Part shown: positions 8,231 through 17,463 of the stretch, piece by piece | Numbering within the stretch: position 1 is the stretch's first letter | Layout: each line of letters opens with the position of its first letter | Origin: an uncultured Rickettsiales bacterium | GTDB lineage: Bacteria > Pseudomonadota > Alphaproteobacteria > Rickettsiales > UBA8987 | DNA length: 36,270 nucleotides | Reading direction: 5' to 3' | Assembly (NCBI GenBank): GCA_964352365.1 | Contig: CAYGRX010000002.1 | Location: 1 to 36,270, forward strand | The notes under the pieces: model-generated | Seen by the model: only the letters and a program-made list of their open reading frames with translations | What the model was told of the DNA's origin: nothing | Databases searched by the model: none | Program-made: the position numbers and the translations under genes

Positions 8231-9175
8231 ATGGCAAAAAGTAATCAAAAAGATTCTGTGGAATCGGTTGAAGATATTTTAAGTGAAATAAAGAATGTCA
8301 TTTCTGGTGACTCTATTGAAGTTAAAGAACCTATGAATCAAGATGCTGAAGAAGACGATGATGTGATGGAGTTAACTGAAATAGTTGAATTGGAAGATGA
8401 GCTTGACATACAGTTTGAAGAGGAAGTAGCTGATACATCTGAAAATGATAATGTTGACATTGAAGCTATAGAAGATGACGAAGATGAAGAATTTATTGAT
8501 GTTTTGCAAGAAATTGATGACTCTATAAAAGATGCTGATAATATTAAAGCAGAGAAATTAGAAAAGGTCGAGCTAGATAATATGGCTGTTGAAGATAATA
8601 AAAATGTTGAAGAAGAGGCTCTTGATTTAGACTCAATGCTAGAGTTAGAGGATGAATCAGAAGAAGCTAATACTGAAACTGATGATGACGTTATGGAATT
8701 GGATGCTATGATGGAGGAAATCGTAGCAGAAGATGGCGCATCAGAAGTAATGGAAGATGAAGCTCTTGAACTTTCTTCTGAAGCTGATGCTTCCTCTGAA
8801 GATGTGCTTATGCCTTCTGAGGATGAAGATCCAGCAAAAGTTCTTGAAGATATTAAAAATAGTATAGAGGGCAAAGAGCCCCTCGTGCAGTTTGATGATG
8901 AAGAAGTTTCTCAAGCAGAAAGCCCTTCTGAAGATGATAAAAACATAATATCACCTGAAAATGCAGCCAAATCCTCTTCGGCAATTAAACATCTTATGGA
9001 GTCAATACCAAAGACTAAAATTGATTCACCTGAATTTCGTTCTGGTACATCATTAGAAGATGTTGTTAGGGAAGCTATTTCACCAATGTTGAAAGAGTGG
9101 TTGGATGCAAACCTTGAAATAATTGTTAAAGACATCGTTCAAAAAGAGATTAAAAAAATCTTACCTGATGATTAG
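8231..9175 (+). CDS. popZ: polar organising protein PopZ homologue (DUF2497)
   Basis: N-terminal SVEDILSEIKNVISGD and C-terminal SLEDVVREAISPMLKEWLDANLEIIVKDIVQKEIKKI closely resemble the Caulobacter PopZ termini. They are joined by a long Asp/Glu-rich linker. Position next to tolC matches known alphaproteobacterial synteny. Confidence 0.82.
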   Translation: MAKSNQKDSVESVEDILSEIKNVISGDSIEVKEPMNQDAEEDDDVMELTEIVELEDELDIQFEEEVADTSENDNVDIEAIEDDEDEEFIDVLQEIDDSIKDADNIKAEKLEKVELDNMAVEDNKNVEEEALDLDSMLELEDESEEANTETDDDVMELDAMMEEIVAEDGASEVMEDEALELSSEADASSEDVLMPSEDEDPAKVLEDIKNSIEGKEPLVQFDDEEVSQAESPSEDDKNIISPENAAKSSSAIKHLMESIPKTKIDSPEFRSGTSLEDVVREAISPMLKEWLDANLEIIVKDIVQKEIKKILPDD

Positions 9176-9183
9176 TTCTACTT

Positions 9184-9555
9184 ATGCAAAATAAAAAGCT
9201 ATTAAGTTATAAATTTGGCTTTTACGCAGAATATTTCTCAATTTTACTACTTACACTAAAGGGTTATAGACCTTTGCATCATAGGTATAGGTCGAAGTTA
9301 GGAGAAATTGACTTAATATTTAAGCATTTATTTTCAAAAAACATAATATTTGTAGAAGTTAAAGCTAGAAAAGATATTTCTATGAATGAAGTTCTTTCAA
9401 ATTCACAAAAAAATAGAATTTCTAAATCTGCTAGTTTTTTTATTGCAACAAACCCTAAATATTCAGAATGTAACTATAGGTTTGACTTGATAATTTATAA
9501 TAACCCTTTATCAATTAACCATATTAAGAATGCTTGGTTTGCAAATGATATATAA
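9184..9555 (+). CDS. yraN: YraN family (UPF0102) endonuclease-like protein
   Basis: About 120 aa with the GEIDLI...FVEVKAR motif typical of UPF0102. Confidence 0.8.
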   Translation: MQNKKLLSYKFGFYAEYFSILLLTLKGYRPLHHRYRSKLGEIDLIFKHLFSKNIIFVEVKARKDISMNEVLSNSQKNRISKSASFFIATNPKYSECNYRFDLIIYNNPLSINHIKNAWFANDI

Positions 9556-10306
9556 ATTTTCAAAAATCGTAATTTTATCGGCTTCAGCTTTAACTCTTTC
9601 ATCGTGTGTTGCTTTAGCAGTCGGTGGTGCAGGTTTAGCTGGATATACTTTGGTGCAGGAAAGATCTGTTGGTGCTGCAATTGATGATGTGGCAATTGAG
9701 GCGGAAGTGAACGCGCTACTTTTAAGAGAGGAGAATAAGCACTTATTTTCTCATGTAGATGTTGATTCCGTTGAAGGTAGAGTGCTTTTGACTGGTACTG
9801 TACCTAGTAGACAGGCGAAGATTGATGTTTATAAACTTGCTTGGCAACCTGATCCCGTTAAAGAAGTTATAAATGAGCTTAATGTTTCGAGTGAAAATGA
9901 GTTTTCTGCAAAGAAATATGCCAGTGATGCTTGGATTTCAACGCAGATAGAATCAAAACTACTTTTTGCAAAAGATATTGCCTCAGTTAACTATTCAGTT
10001 GAAACTATTGATGGTGTTGTATACCTAATGGGTGTTGCTAGAGACAAGGAGGAGCTTCAAAAAGTAGCTGAAACTGCAAGTACTATTAGTGGCGTTAAAA
10101 GGGTGGTTAGCCACACTAGAATTAAAGGTAAAAAATACCCTAAAATTTCAAGGCCTAATGACTATCAAAGAAAAGTTGATGCAGGTTCTAATGTAGGTAA
10201 TGAAATTGAAGAAACTGAAATGGAAAATTTAGAAGTTGAAAATACATATAACACAGAACCAAAATATCTGGGGCCAGAATCCAGAATCGACGATAACGGC
10301 TATTAA
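9530..10306 (+). CDS. BON-domain lipoprotein (OsmY-like)
   Basis: Lipobox LTLSSC after a hydrophobic leader. The start could be 9530 or the Met at 9545. Two BON-like segments (VDVDSVEGRVLLTGTVPS; VETIDGVVYLMGVARD). Confidence 0.78.
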   Translation: MLGLQMIYKFSKIVILSASALTLSSCVALAVGGAGLAGYTLVQERSVGAAIDDVAIEAEVNALLLREENKHLFSHVDVDSVEGRVLLTGTVPSRQAKIDVYKLAWQPDPVKEVINELNVSSENEFSAKKYASDAWISTQIESKLLFAKDIASVNYSVETIDGVVYLMGVARDKEELQKVAETASTISGVKRVVSHTRIKGKKYPKISRPNDYQRKVDAGSNVGNEIEETEMENLEVENTYNTEPKYLGPESRIDDNGY

Positions 10307-10721
10307 TAATTCGGCTCTGGCAGCCATAGATTATTTTGATAAAACATCAGAGTTAAAATCAAAAGAGCTTTCAGTTCTGTTGACTAACGATAAATTCATT
10401 CAAGATATTAATATGCAAACTAGGGCTAAGAACAGTCCGACAAATGTTCTTTCATTTCCCCACATGGAGTATGATAAGTCTAAACTAGTTGAGAAAAGTT
10501 ACTCCGATGTTTTCGGTGAAATGATTTTGGCATATGAAACAATTAAAAAAGAGGCTGAAGATCAAAATAAGAACTTTTTAGATCATTTGAGTCATTTAAC
10601 CGTTCACTCTGTTTTGCATCTTTTAGGCTATGATCATATCAATGATATTGAAGCTGAAGAAATGGAATCCATCGAACTAGAAATTTTAGAGAAACTAAAC
10701 ATCAAAAACCCATATATATAA
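10236..10721 (+). CDS. ybeY: rRNA maturation endoribonuclease YbeY
   Basis: Zinc motif HSVLHLLGYDH. A TTG start at 10236 overlaps the preceding gene by 71 nt. No in-frame ATG, GTG or TTG would keep the N-terminal strand otherwise. Confidence 0.85.
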   Translation: MKIHITQNQNIWGQNPESTITAINNSALAAIDYFDKTSELKSKELSVLLTNDKFIQDINMQTRAKNSPTNVLSFPHMEYDKSKLVEKSYSDVFGEMILAYETIKKEAEDQNKNFLDHLSHLTVHSVLHLLGYDHINDIEAEEMESIELEILEKLNIKNPYI

Positions 10722-10733
10722 GGGAATATTTAA

Positions 10734-11528
10734 ATGAAAATAGCTACTTGGAATATTAATTCAGTAAGGCTTAGGCGCGAGATAGTTTCTAAGTTTTTGT
10801 TAGAAAATAATATTGATATATTATGTTTGCAAGAAACAAAAACCGAGGATGCTACTTACCCTAAAGAGTTTTTTGATGATATTGGTTATGGTCATCAGCA
10901 TTTTTCAGGTCAAAAATCATATAATGGGGTTGCAATAATTTCAAAAATACCATTTGAGACACAAGATATTATCGGCCATATAAATGATGATAAACGCGAT
11001 ATTTCAGTTAGCTTTCAGCTTGAAAATGATGAAATAGTTGAGCTGCATAATTTTTATATACCTGCTGGTGGTGATGAGCCAGATGTTGATATAAATCCAA
11101 AGTTCAAGCATAAGCTAGAATATATTGATTCAGTAAAAAACTGGTTTAAGAAAAACCGTACTCCTAAAAATAATATAATTATTGTTGGTGATTTTAATAT
11201 TGCGCCATATGAACACGATGTTTGGAGTCATAAACAGCTTTTAAAAATAGTTTCGCATACTCCAATTGAAGTTGAAAAACTTAATGATATGAAGTCTTCA
11301 ATTGGTTTTGTTGATGTAGCTCGTGAGTTTATTTTAGAGAGTCAAAAACTTTATAGTTGGTGGAGCTATCGCAACCGAGATTGGCGAAAGTCGAATAGGG
11401 GGAGAAGGCTAGACCATATTTGGGTGACTGAACCTTTAAAATCAAAAGTGAAAAACTTTGAAATTACAACTGATTTAAGAGATTGGGAAAAACCCTCGGA
11501 TCACGTTCCTGTAATAATTGAAATATAA
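10734..11528 (+). CDS. xth: exodeoxyribonuclease III
   Basis: MKIATWNINSVR...LCLQETK...SDHVPV, the EEP nuclease hallmarks. Confidence 0.9.
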   Translation: MKIATWNINSVRLRREIVSKFLLENNIDILCLQETKTEDATYPKEFFDDIGYGHQHFSGQKSYNGVAIISKIPFETQDIIGHINDDKRDISVSFQLENDEIVELHNFYIPAGGDEPDVDINPKFKHKLEYIDSVKNWFKKNRTPKNNIIIVGDFNIAPYEHDVWSHKQLLKIVSHTPIEVEKLNDMKSSIGFVDVAREFILESQKLYSWWSYRNRDWRKSNRGRRLDHIWVTEPLKSKVKNFEITTDLRDWEKPSDHVPVIIEI

Positions 11529-11568
11529 TAAAGTTGTAAAACCTAATAGATTAATATACTAAAATCCC

Positions 11569-13281
11569 ATGAATATTTTTGCTAAATATAAAGAACTTAT
11601 TTCATCAATATGCTCTGAACTATACGGTTTTGATGAATCTGATTTAAATAACATTGTGGCTGAACCTCCTAAGGAGGCAAAGCATGGCGATATTGCAACA
11701 AATGCTGCAATGGTTTTAGTAAAAAAACTAGGCAAAAGCCCTAAGCAAATAGCTGAAGAAATTAAATCAAAGCTAGAAGTTTTAGCGGATGTAAATAAGG
11801 TTGAAATTGCAGGTCCTGGCTTCATTAATATAACCTTGAATAATTCAGTTTGGGTTGAATTTTTAATTGAGTTAAATAAAAATCCTGAAACTTTTGGTGA
11901 TAACAATGTTGGTAACGGTGAAAAAATAAATGTAGAATATGTATCTGCAAACCCAACGGGACCGATGCATGTAGGTCATGCTAGGAATACGGTTTTAGGT
12001 GATGTTACTGCAAACTTACTTGAAAAATCTGGTTTTGACGTAACTCGTGAATATTATATAAATGACGCTGGTGTTCAGATTGGTGTTTTGTGTGATTCTG
12101 TTTTAATCAGATACAAGCAAGCTTTGGGGCAAGATATTGCTGAAATACCTGAGGGGCTATATCCAGGTGAATATTTGATTCCGATAGGGAAAAAAATTGC
12201 TAAAAAATATGGAAAAGAATTTGAAAATTCTGATTCATTCAATGATGAAATTCGTCAGTTTATTATTGATCAAATGATGGTGCTTATTAAAGCAGATTTA
12301 GCTGATATGGGAGTTAAGCATGATGTGTTTTCTTCTGAGAAAAAACTTCATGATGATAAGGCAATTGAAAAATCAATTGATCATTTAGAGTCTCTTGGCC
12401 TTTTATATCGTGGTGTTCTTGAGCCACCAAAGGGTAAACAGCTTGATGATTGGGAGCCGCGTGAGCAACTATTGTTTAGGTCTACGGATTTTGGTGATGA
12501 TGTTGATAGAGCTTTGCAAAAATCAAATGGTGAATACACCTATTTTGCAAGTGATATTGCATATCATAAATATAAATATGATCGTGGTTTTAACAAAATG
12601 GCAATTACACTCGGTGCAGACCATGGTGGTTATTTTAAGCGTTTGAAGGCGGTTGTAAAAGCAATATCATCTAACAAGGCGGAAATTGAAATTTTACCAT
12701 ATCAGCTAGTTAATTTGATGGAAAATGGTGAACCAATTAAAATGTCAAAGCGTTCTGGCAACTTCATTACACTTAGAGATGTTTTGGATGCAGTTGGTAA
12801 AGATGTTCTTCGTTTTATAATGTTAACTCGTAAGTCTGATGCGGGGATAGATTTTGACTTGAAAAAAGTTCTCGAGGCTACTAAGGAAAATCCAGTTTTT
12901 TATGTTCAATATGCATGTGCTAGAATTTCTTCTGTTGGTAGACAATTAGATGAAAAAAATATCACATTAACACATTCTCCAGATTTAACTTTGCTAAAAC
13001 ATGAAGCGGAATTATCTCTAATTAAAAAAATTGCTGAATACCCTAGGGTTGTTGAATCTGCGGCATTGTCATTCGAGCCGCATAAAATAACTTTCTATCT
13101 TTATGACCTAGCTAGTCACCTTCACCAATTATGGAATTTGGGTAAGGATGAAGGCTTGAAATTTATAGATGAAAGTGACTTGGAAGTTTCTGCTGCAAGA
13201 GTTTACCTCATTAACTCATGTAAAATAGTGTTGAAATCTGGTTTAGAGTTGCTTGGTGTTGAACCAGTTGAAAAAATGTAG
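11569..13281 (+). CDS. argS: arginine--tRNA ligase
   Basis: Class I HIGH variant (PTGPMHVGHARN), KMSKR loop (IKMSKRSGN), 570 aa. Confidence 0.95.
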   Translation: MNIFAKYKELISSICSELYGFDESDLNNIVAEPPKEAKHGDIATNAAMVLVKKLGKSPKQIAEEIKSKLEVLADVNKVEIAGPGFINITLNNSVWVEFLIELNKNPETFGDNNVGNGEKINVEYVSANPTGPMHVGHARNTVLGDVTANLLEKSGFDVTREYYINDAGVQIGVLCDSVLIRYKQALGQDIAEIPEGLYPGEYLIPIGKKIAKKYGKEFENSDSFNDEIRQFIIDQMMVLIKADLADMGVKHDVFSSEKKLHDDKAIEKSIDHLESLGLLYRGVLEPPKGKQLDDWEPREQLLFRSTDFGDDVDRALQKSNGEYTYFASDIAYHKYKYDRGFNKMAITLGADHGGYFKRLKAVVKAISSNKAEIEILPYQLVNLMENGEPIKMSKRSGNFITLRDVLDAVGKDVLRFIMLTRKSDAGIDFDLKKVLEATKENPVFYVQYACARISSVGRQLDEKNITLTHSPDLTLLKHEAELSLIKKIAEYPRVVESAALSFEPHKITFYLYDLASHLHQLWNLGKDEGLKFIDESDLEVSAARVYLINSCKIVLKSGLELLGVEPVEKM

Positions 13282-13318
13282 TAGCTGTGCGTGAAAGCAA
13301 GATTAAATTAGGCGTAGC

Positions 13319-14497
13319 ATGGCACTCAAGAAAAAAACAACTAAAGTTTCAAAGAAAAAAGATCTTATAGACGATAATAGTGGCGTTTATGGTCTTATAT
13401 TTGCCATTATAAGTGCATTTCTTTTTATTACACTTTGTTGGTATGCTTATATTTATTTTGTTGAGCAAAGCACTGACAAAGGAATAGTTTACATCAAGGC
13501 AGATAAAACCCCTTTTAAAATTATTACTGATGATCCAGGTGGAATGAAAAATGATTATACTGAAAAAAAGGTTTTTAACCGAATAACTGGTCAAAAAGAA
13601 AACTTATCGAAAAATGTAAATATCCTTGAGCAGGAAAGGCCTGTAGATAAGGAAGAAATTGCTAAAATTGCTCAGCAAAACTCTCTTTTAAAAGAGGAGG
13701 AGTATCAAGATGCGGCAAAAACCATTCTAACCCCAATTATTAGGCTATCTCAGGAAGAAGATGAGAAGGAAGAAATTGAACAGGTTGAAACATTTGATGA
13801 TCTTGTTGCCTTGGTAAATGACGATCAAAATGATGAAGCTGATCCACAAATTTTTGAGGGTTATGGAGATGATGATGAGGATGATGTGGCAAAGGAGGAA
13901 GTAAATCAAGATAGACCAGCAGATAATGCCCTTGAAATTAACCAAGTATTTGCATCTATATCAAATAAAATTGCGGGAAATGACAATAAAAGCCTTCAAG
14001 AAAAAGAGGAGGTAAAATCATCTTCAAAGCCTTCAAAAAACATTCCCCAGAATGTAAAGGTTGCTTTAAAACCTGATAGCCTTCTTCTAGCACCGAGACA
14101 AAATATTATTGAGGATGCAAAAGTTGAAGTTGAAAAAAATGATAAAACTGGCTCTAATAAAACCACGATCACTTTTGCTAAAGCTCCTAAATCATTAAAA
14201 AAATCATCTTCCCCTAGTAAAGTTGAGGTTTCTGATTCTTCAAAAACACTACCGGGTTTTTATGTGCAAGTATCTTCTCACACAAAATTACAAGATTTAG
14301 AGACTGCTTGGTCAACATTTAAAAATCGCTTTTCTAATATTGTTAGTGGTGCAAATAAAAATGTTAATGAGGCAAATATTAATGGTACAAAATTTTATAG
14401 GCTAAGCTTTGGGCCATTTTCTGATAAGACTCAGGCGCAATCTAAATGTTCATCGATAAAAGTACAGGGGCGCGATTGCTTAATTAAATTCTATTAG
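13319..14497 (+). CDS. SPOR-domain membrane-anchored protein
   Basis: N-terminal TM (YGLIFAIISAFLFITLCWYAYIYFV), a low-complexity acidic middle and a C-terminal SPOR-like domain (GFYVQVSSH...FYRLSFGPFSDKTQAQSKC). Follows argS, as is common in Alphaproteobacteria. Confidence 0.78.
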   Translation: MALKKKTTKVSKKKDLIDDNSGVYGLIFAIISAFLFITLCWYAYIYFVEQSTDKGIVYIKADKTPFKIITDDPGGMKNDYTEKKVFNRITGQKENLSKNVNILEQERPVDKEEIAKIAQQNSLLKEEEYQDAAKTILTPIIRLSQEEDEKEEIEQVETFDDLVALVNDDQNDEADPQIFEGYGDDDEDDVAKEEVNQDRPADNALEINQVFASISNKIAGNDNKSLQEKEEVKSSSKPSKNIPQNVKVALKPDSLLLAPRQNIIEDAKVEVEKNDKTGSNKTTITFAKAPKSLKKSSSPSKVEVSDSSKTLPGFYVQVSSHTKLQDLETAWSTFKNRFSNIVSGANKNVNEANINGTKFYRLSFGPFSDKTQAQSKCSSIKVQGRDCLIKFY

Positions 14498-14559
14498 TAT
14501 CTCTTTGCGATGCTTAAAAAGCTACCACTCAATTCAGTTTACGTTTATGTGGTTTAAAC

Positions 14560-16443
14560 CTAGGCAGCTCTTTCAAGCTTTTTTATGTGAATCATTATTG
14601 CTGCAGTCGCGGCTGGTGTAATCCCAGGAATTCTACCTGCAGCACCTATTGTTGCTGGCTTATGGAAAGTTAATTTTTCACGAACCTCATTGGATAAGCT
14701 AGAAACACTCCAATAATCTAGGTCATTAGGGATTTGTGAATGCTCATCTTTTCTAAATTGTTTAATTTCCAGCTCTTGGCGCTCTAAATAGCCTTTATAT
14801 AAGCCTTGAATTTCAATTTGCTCAATAACTGCTTTACTTACTTCACCAAGCTCTTTAGGCCAAATTTCCTGTAAACCCTTAAAGTTAATATTGGGGAGGG
14901 CAATTAAATCCAGCCCGTTTCTTCTAATACCATCTTGATTGATTTTTATGCCGTGTTTTTCCGCTTCAAAAGGTGTTAGTTTTAACTTTAAAAGTTTTTC
15001 TTTTAACTCGCTAAATTCTTTTAATTTTTGACTAAACTTTTCAGCTCTGTTTTTGCTTACAAAACCTGCATCAACTGCACGCTGTGTTAATCTCAAATCT
15101 GCGTTATCAGCTCTTAAAACTAAGCGATATTCCGCACGGCTGGTGAACATTCTATATGGTTCGCTTGTGCCGAGTGTAATTAGGTCGTCTATCAAAACGC
15201 CGATATATGCTTCACTTCTATCAATAGTAAATTTTTCCTTACCTTGTGCTTTTAAACCCGCATTAACGCCAGCTACCAAGCCTTGCGCACCAGCCTCTTC
15301 GTAGCCAGTTGTACCATTAATTTGCCCTGCCAAAAACAAGCCTTCTGCACGTTTAGTCTCTAATGTGTTTTGCAATTCTCGCGGGTCAATATAGTCATAT
15401 TCAATTGCGTAGCCATATTGCGTAATTTTTGCATTTTCTAAGCCTTTTATGCTTTTAACATAAGCCTCTTGAACATCTTCTGGTAAGCTAGTTGAAATAC
15501 CATTTGGATAAATTAAATCACTTTCCAAACCTTCTGGCTCTAAGAAAATCTGGTGACGTTCTTTATCTTTAAATCTGCTTATTTTATCTTCGATTGAAGG
15601 GCAGTATCTAGGGCCAACACCAGTTATGTTACCGCTATACATTGCGGATTTACTCAAATTTTCTTCAATGATTTTATGAGTTTTTGGGTTGGTATAAGTT
15701 ATAAAGCATTTGATTTGTGGAACTTCTACACTTTCATTCAAATAGCTAAATGGTATTGGTGTATGGTCTCCAGCTTGCTCTTCACATTCTTTAAAATCTA
15801 TTGAGCTTGCCAAAATTCTCGGTGGTGTACCAGTTTTTAGTCTTCCTAGTTTGAAACCTATTCTTTCCATAGTTTCTGAAAGCTTTATTGCTGGTTTTTC
15901 ACCAACTCTTCCAGCTGGTTGCGTCTTGGTGCCTATGTGAATAACTCCACGTAAAAATGTTCCTGTAGTTAAAACTACAGCAGATGTTTCAAATCTAGTT
16001 CCATTTTCTGTTACAACTGCTTTAACTTTGTTATTTTTATCAACTTCAATATCGTCAACTGCATCTTCAAAGACATCTAGATTTTCATAATTCAAAATTT
16101 CTTCTTGCATAGCTTTTGCATAAAGCTCTCTATCTGCTTGTGCTCTTGGGCCCCAAACTGCGGGGCCTTTGCTCTCATTTAAAATGCGATAGTGAATTCC
16201 TGATTTATCTATTACTCTTGCCATTACACCGTCAAGAGCGTCAATTTCTTTAACCAAAGTTCCTTTCGCAACGCCACCTATTGCCGGATTACAGCTCATT
16301 TGACCAATAGTATGCTTTTTGTGGGAAATTAGCAAAGTGTTAGCGCCAGTTCGCGCAGAGGCAGTCGCTGCCTCGCAGCCAGCATGACCACCACCTATAA
16401 CTATAACGTCATATTTACTTTTGATGTTGTTAACTTCGCTCAT
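14560..16443 (-). CDS. mnmG: tRNA uridine 5-carboxymethylaminomethyl modification enzyme MnmG (GidA)
   Basis: FAD-binding [16 protein letters not shown] and full-length GidA architecture (627 aa). Confidence 0.97.
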   Translation of the reverse strand: MSEVNNIKSKYDVIVIGGGHAGCEAATASARTGANTLLISHKKHTIGQMSCNPAIGGVAKGTLVKEIDALDGVMARVIDKSGIHYRILNESKGPAVWGPRAQADRELYAKAMQEEILNYENLDVFEDAVDDIEVDKNNKVKAVVTENGTRFETSAVVLTTGTFLRGVIHIGTKTQPAGRVGEKPAIKLSETMERIGFKLGRLKTGTPPRILASSIDFKECEEQAGDHTPIPFSYLNESVEVPQIKCFITYTNPKTHKIIEENLSKSAMYSGNITGVGPRYCPSIEDKISRFKDKERHQIFLEPEGLESDLIYPNGISTSLPEDVQEAYVKSIKGLENAKITQYGYAIEYDYIDPRELQNTLETKRAEGLFLAGQINGTTGYEEAGAQGLVAGVNAGLKAQGKEKFTIDRSEAYIGVLIDDLITLGTSEPYRMFTSRAEYRLVLRADNADLRLTQRAVDAGFVSKNRAEKFSQKLKEFSELKEKLLKLKLTPFEAEKHGIKINQDGIRRNGLDLIALPNINFKGLQEIWPKELGEVSKAVIEQIEIQGLYKGYLERQELEIKQFRKDEHSQIPNDLDYWSVSSLSNEVREKLTFHKPATIGAAGRIPGITPAATAAIMIHIKKLERAA

Positions 16444-16505
16444 TAGAATCTGCTAAACCCTTAAATTTTAAGGTCTTATAACGATTTTTACTAAAAATTT
16501 CAAGC

Positions 16506-16522
16506 GTTAACCTTTTGTTAAT
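16506..16522 (-). promoter_or_regulatory. recurrent 16-nt box (reads TTAACAAAAGGTTAAC toward mnmG), canonical TTAA-N7-TTAAC
   Basis: Lies in the 118-nt divergent spacer between mnmG (ATG 78 nt away) and the orphan ORF at 16562. A TTGAAA-17-TATAAG sigma70-like promoter follows it on the minus strand. Confidence 0.55.
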
Positions 16523-16561
16523 TAAATTGGGTTATAATGACACAAACTGGGGTATATAATT

Positions 16562-17047
16562 ATGAGATCAAATCAAATTAAAAGTTTGGAATCTTTTATG
16601 AGCGCATTTAGAGCTTATATCATGTCTAGTCCATCTAAATATAACCAGCAAATTACTGATTATGAAGTCATAGACTTTTCCTACACTAACAGGGTGGAAG
16701 GACTTTCAGATTTAAGGGATCAAATTATTGATTTAGTTGCTGATGTAACTGGGGCTAGTAAAGTGGAAAGCCTTTCTACCTCCCTTCCTGATTTACTATT
16801 CCCTAATGATTATAACAAAAAATCTGATTTTAATAAATGTTTTGATGATTTTGCAGTTAGGATAAGTCAGGTTAGTAGATTTGCTTCTAATCTTAACCAG
16901 TCTCATGTAAAGAAGAATAAAAGAGTAAACACACCAGTTGAAGAGCAAAACTTATCTAAAGCTGAATTAAAGCAAAACAGGAGCGAAAGTATTCAAATTC
17001 TTAAACTCCAAAGGGCTAAAAGACAGTCTAATGAAATGCTATTATAA
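16562..17047 (+). CDS. hypothetical protein (orphan, hydrophilic, basic C-terminus)
   Basis: 161-aa ORF in a clean intergenic slot, with TATAAT-like elements upstream. No family recognised. Confidence 0.5.
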   Translation: MRSNQIKSLESFMSAFRAYIMSSPSKYNQQITDYEVIDFSYTNRVEGLSDLRDQIIDLVADVTGASKVESLSTSLPDLLFPNDYNKKSDFNKCFDDFAVRISQVSRFASNLNQSHVKKNKRVNTPVEEQNLSKAELKQNRSESIQILKLQRAKRQSNEMLL

Positions 17048-17061
17048 ATAATATGAAAAAC

Positions 17062-17463
17062 CTAATTTGGTCTTCTAACTTGTTCGTTGCTATCAAGTGA
17101 AAACACAGGGGTATTTGCTTCAAAGTTTTCACCATCGGTAGTTTTAAACTCATATGAGCCGTACATTATTCCACTTGGGGTGTTTAAATTAACTGATGAC
17201 GAATATTCAAAGCTTTCAAAGGGCTGAATAACAGGTTGTAAGCCAATAACTCCAGGGCCTTTAACTTCTTTTACAACACCATGTCCGTCAGTAATATTCC
17301 AGTATCTGTTTAAAAGTTGAACGGCGTCCTTGCCCTTATTCTCAATCTTTATATGATATGCCCAAAGGTAAAAACCTTCTGTGATAGATGATTCCGACTC
17401 AATAAACTCTGGTTGAGTGTGAATTGAAATTCTTTCGCTTTTTAATGTATATAAATTGGGCAT
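17062..17463 (-). CDS. apaG: ApaG (DUF525) protein
   Basis: Typical ApaG length and motifs (YLWAYHIKIENKGKDAVQLLNRYWNITDGHG...VKGPGVIGLQPVI). Confidence 0.9.
   Translation of the reverse strand: MPNLYTLKSERISIHTQPEFIESESSITEGFYLWAYHIKIENKGKDAVQLLNRYWNITDGHGVVKEVKGPGVIGLQPVIQPFESFEYSSSVNLNTPSGIMYGSYEFKTTDGENFEANTPVFSLDSNEQVRRPN

Noticed and set aside
8338-8874. 178-aa Ser-rich minus-strand ORF
   Set aside because: It is antisense to the popZ acidic linker. GAA/GAT-rich sense codons read as TCx Ser codons on the other strand. The product is low-complexity with no start context, so this is an artefact.
11559-12646. ORFs 11559-11906 (minus) and 12395-12646 (plus, alternative frame)
   Set aside because: Both lie embedded within argS, which has unambiguous class I synthetase motifs.
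14560-16443. mnmG without the usual rsmG-parA-parB partners, considered as a rearrangement or origin marker
   Set aside because: Gene order around mnmG varies in reduced or AT-rich alphaproteobacterial genomes. Nothing in the flanks (no boxes, no repeats beyond the 16-nt box) supports an origin or a recent rearrangement.
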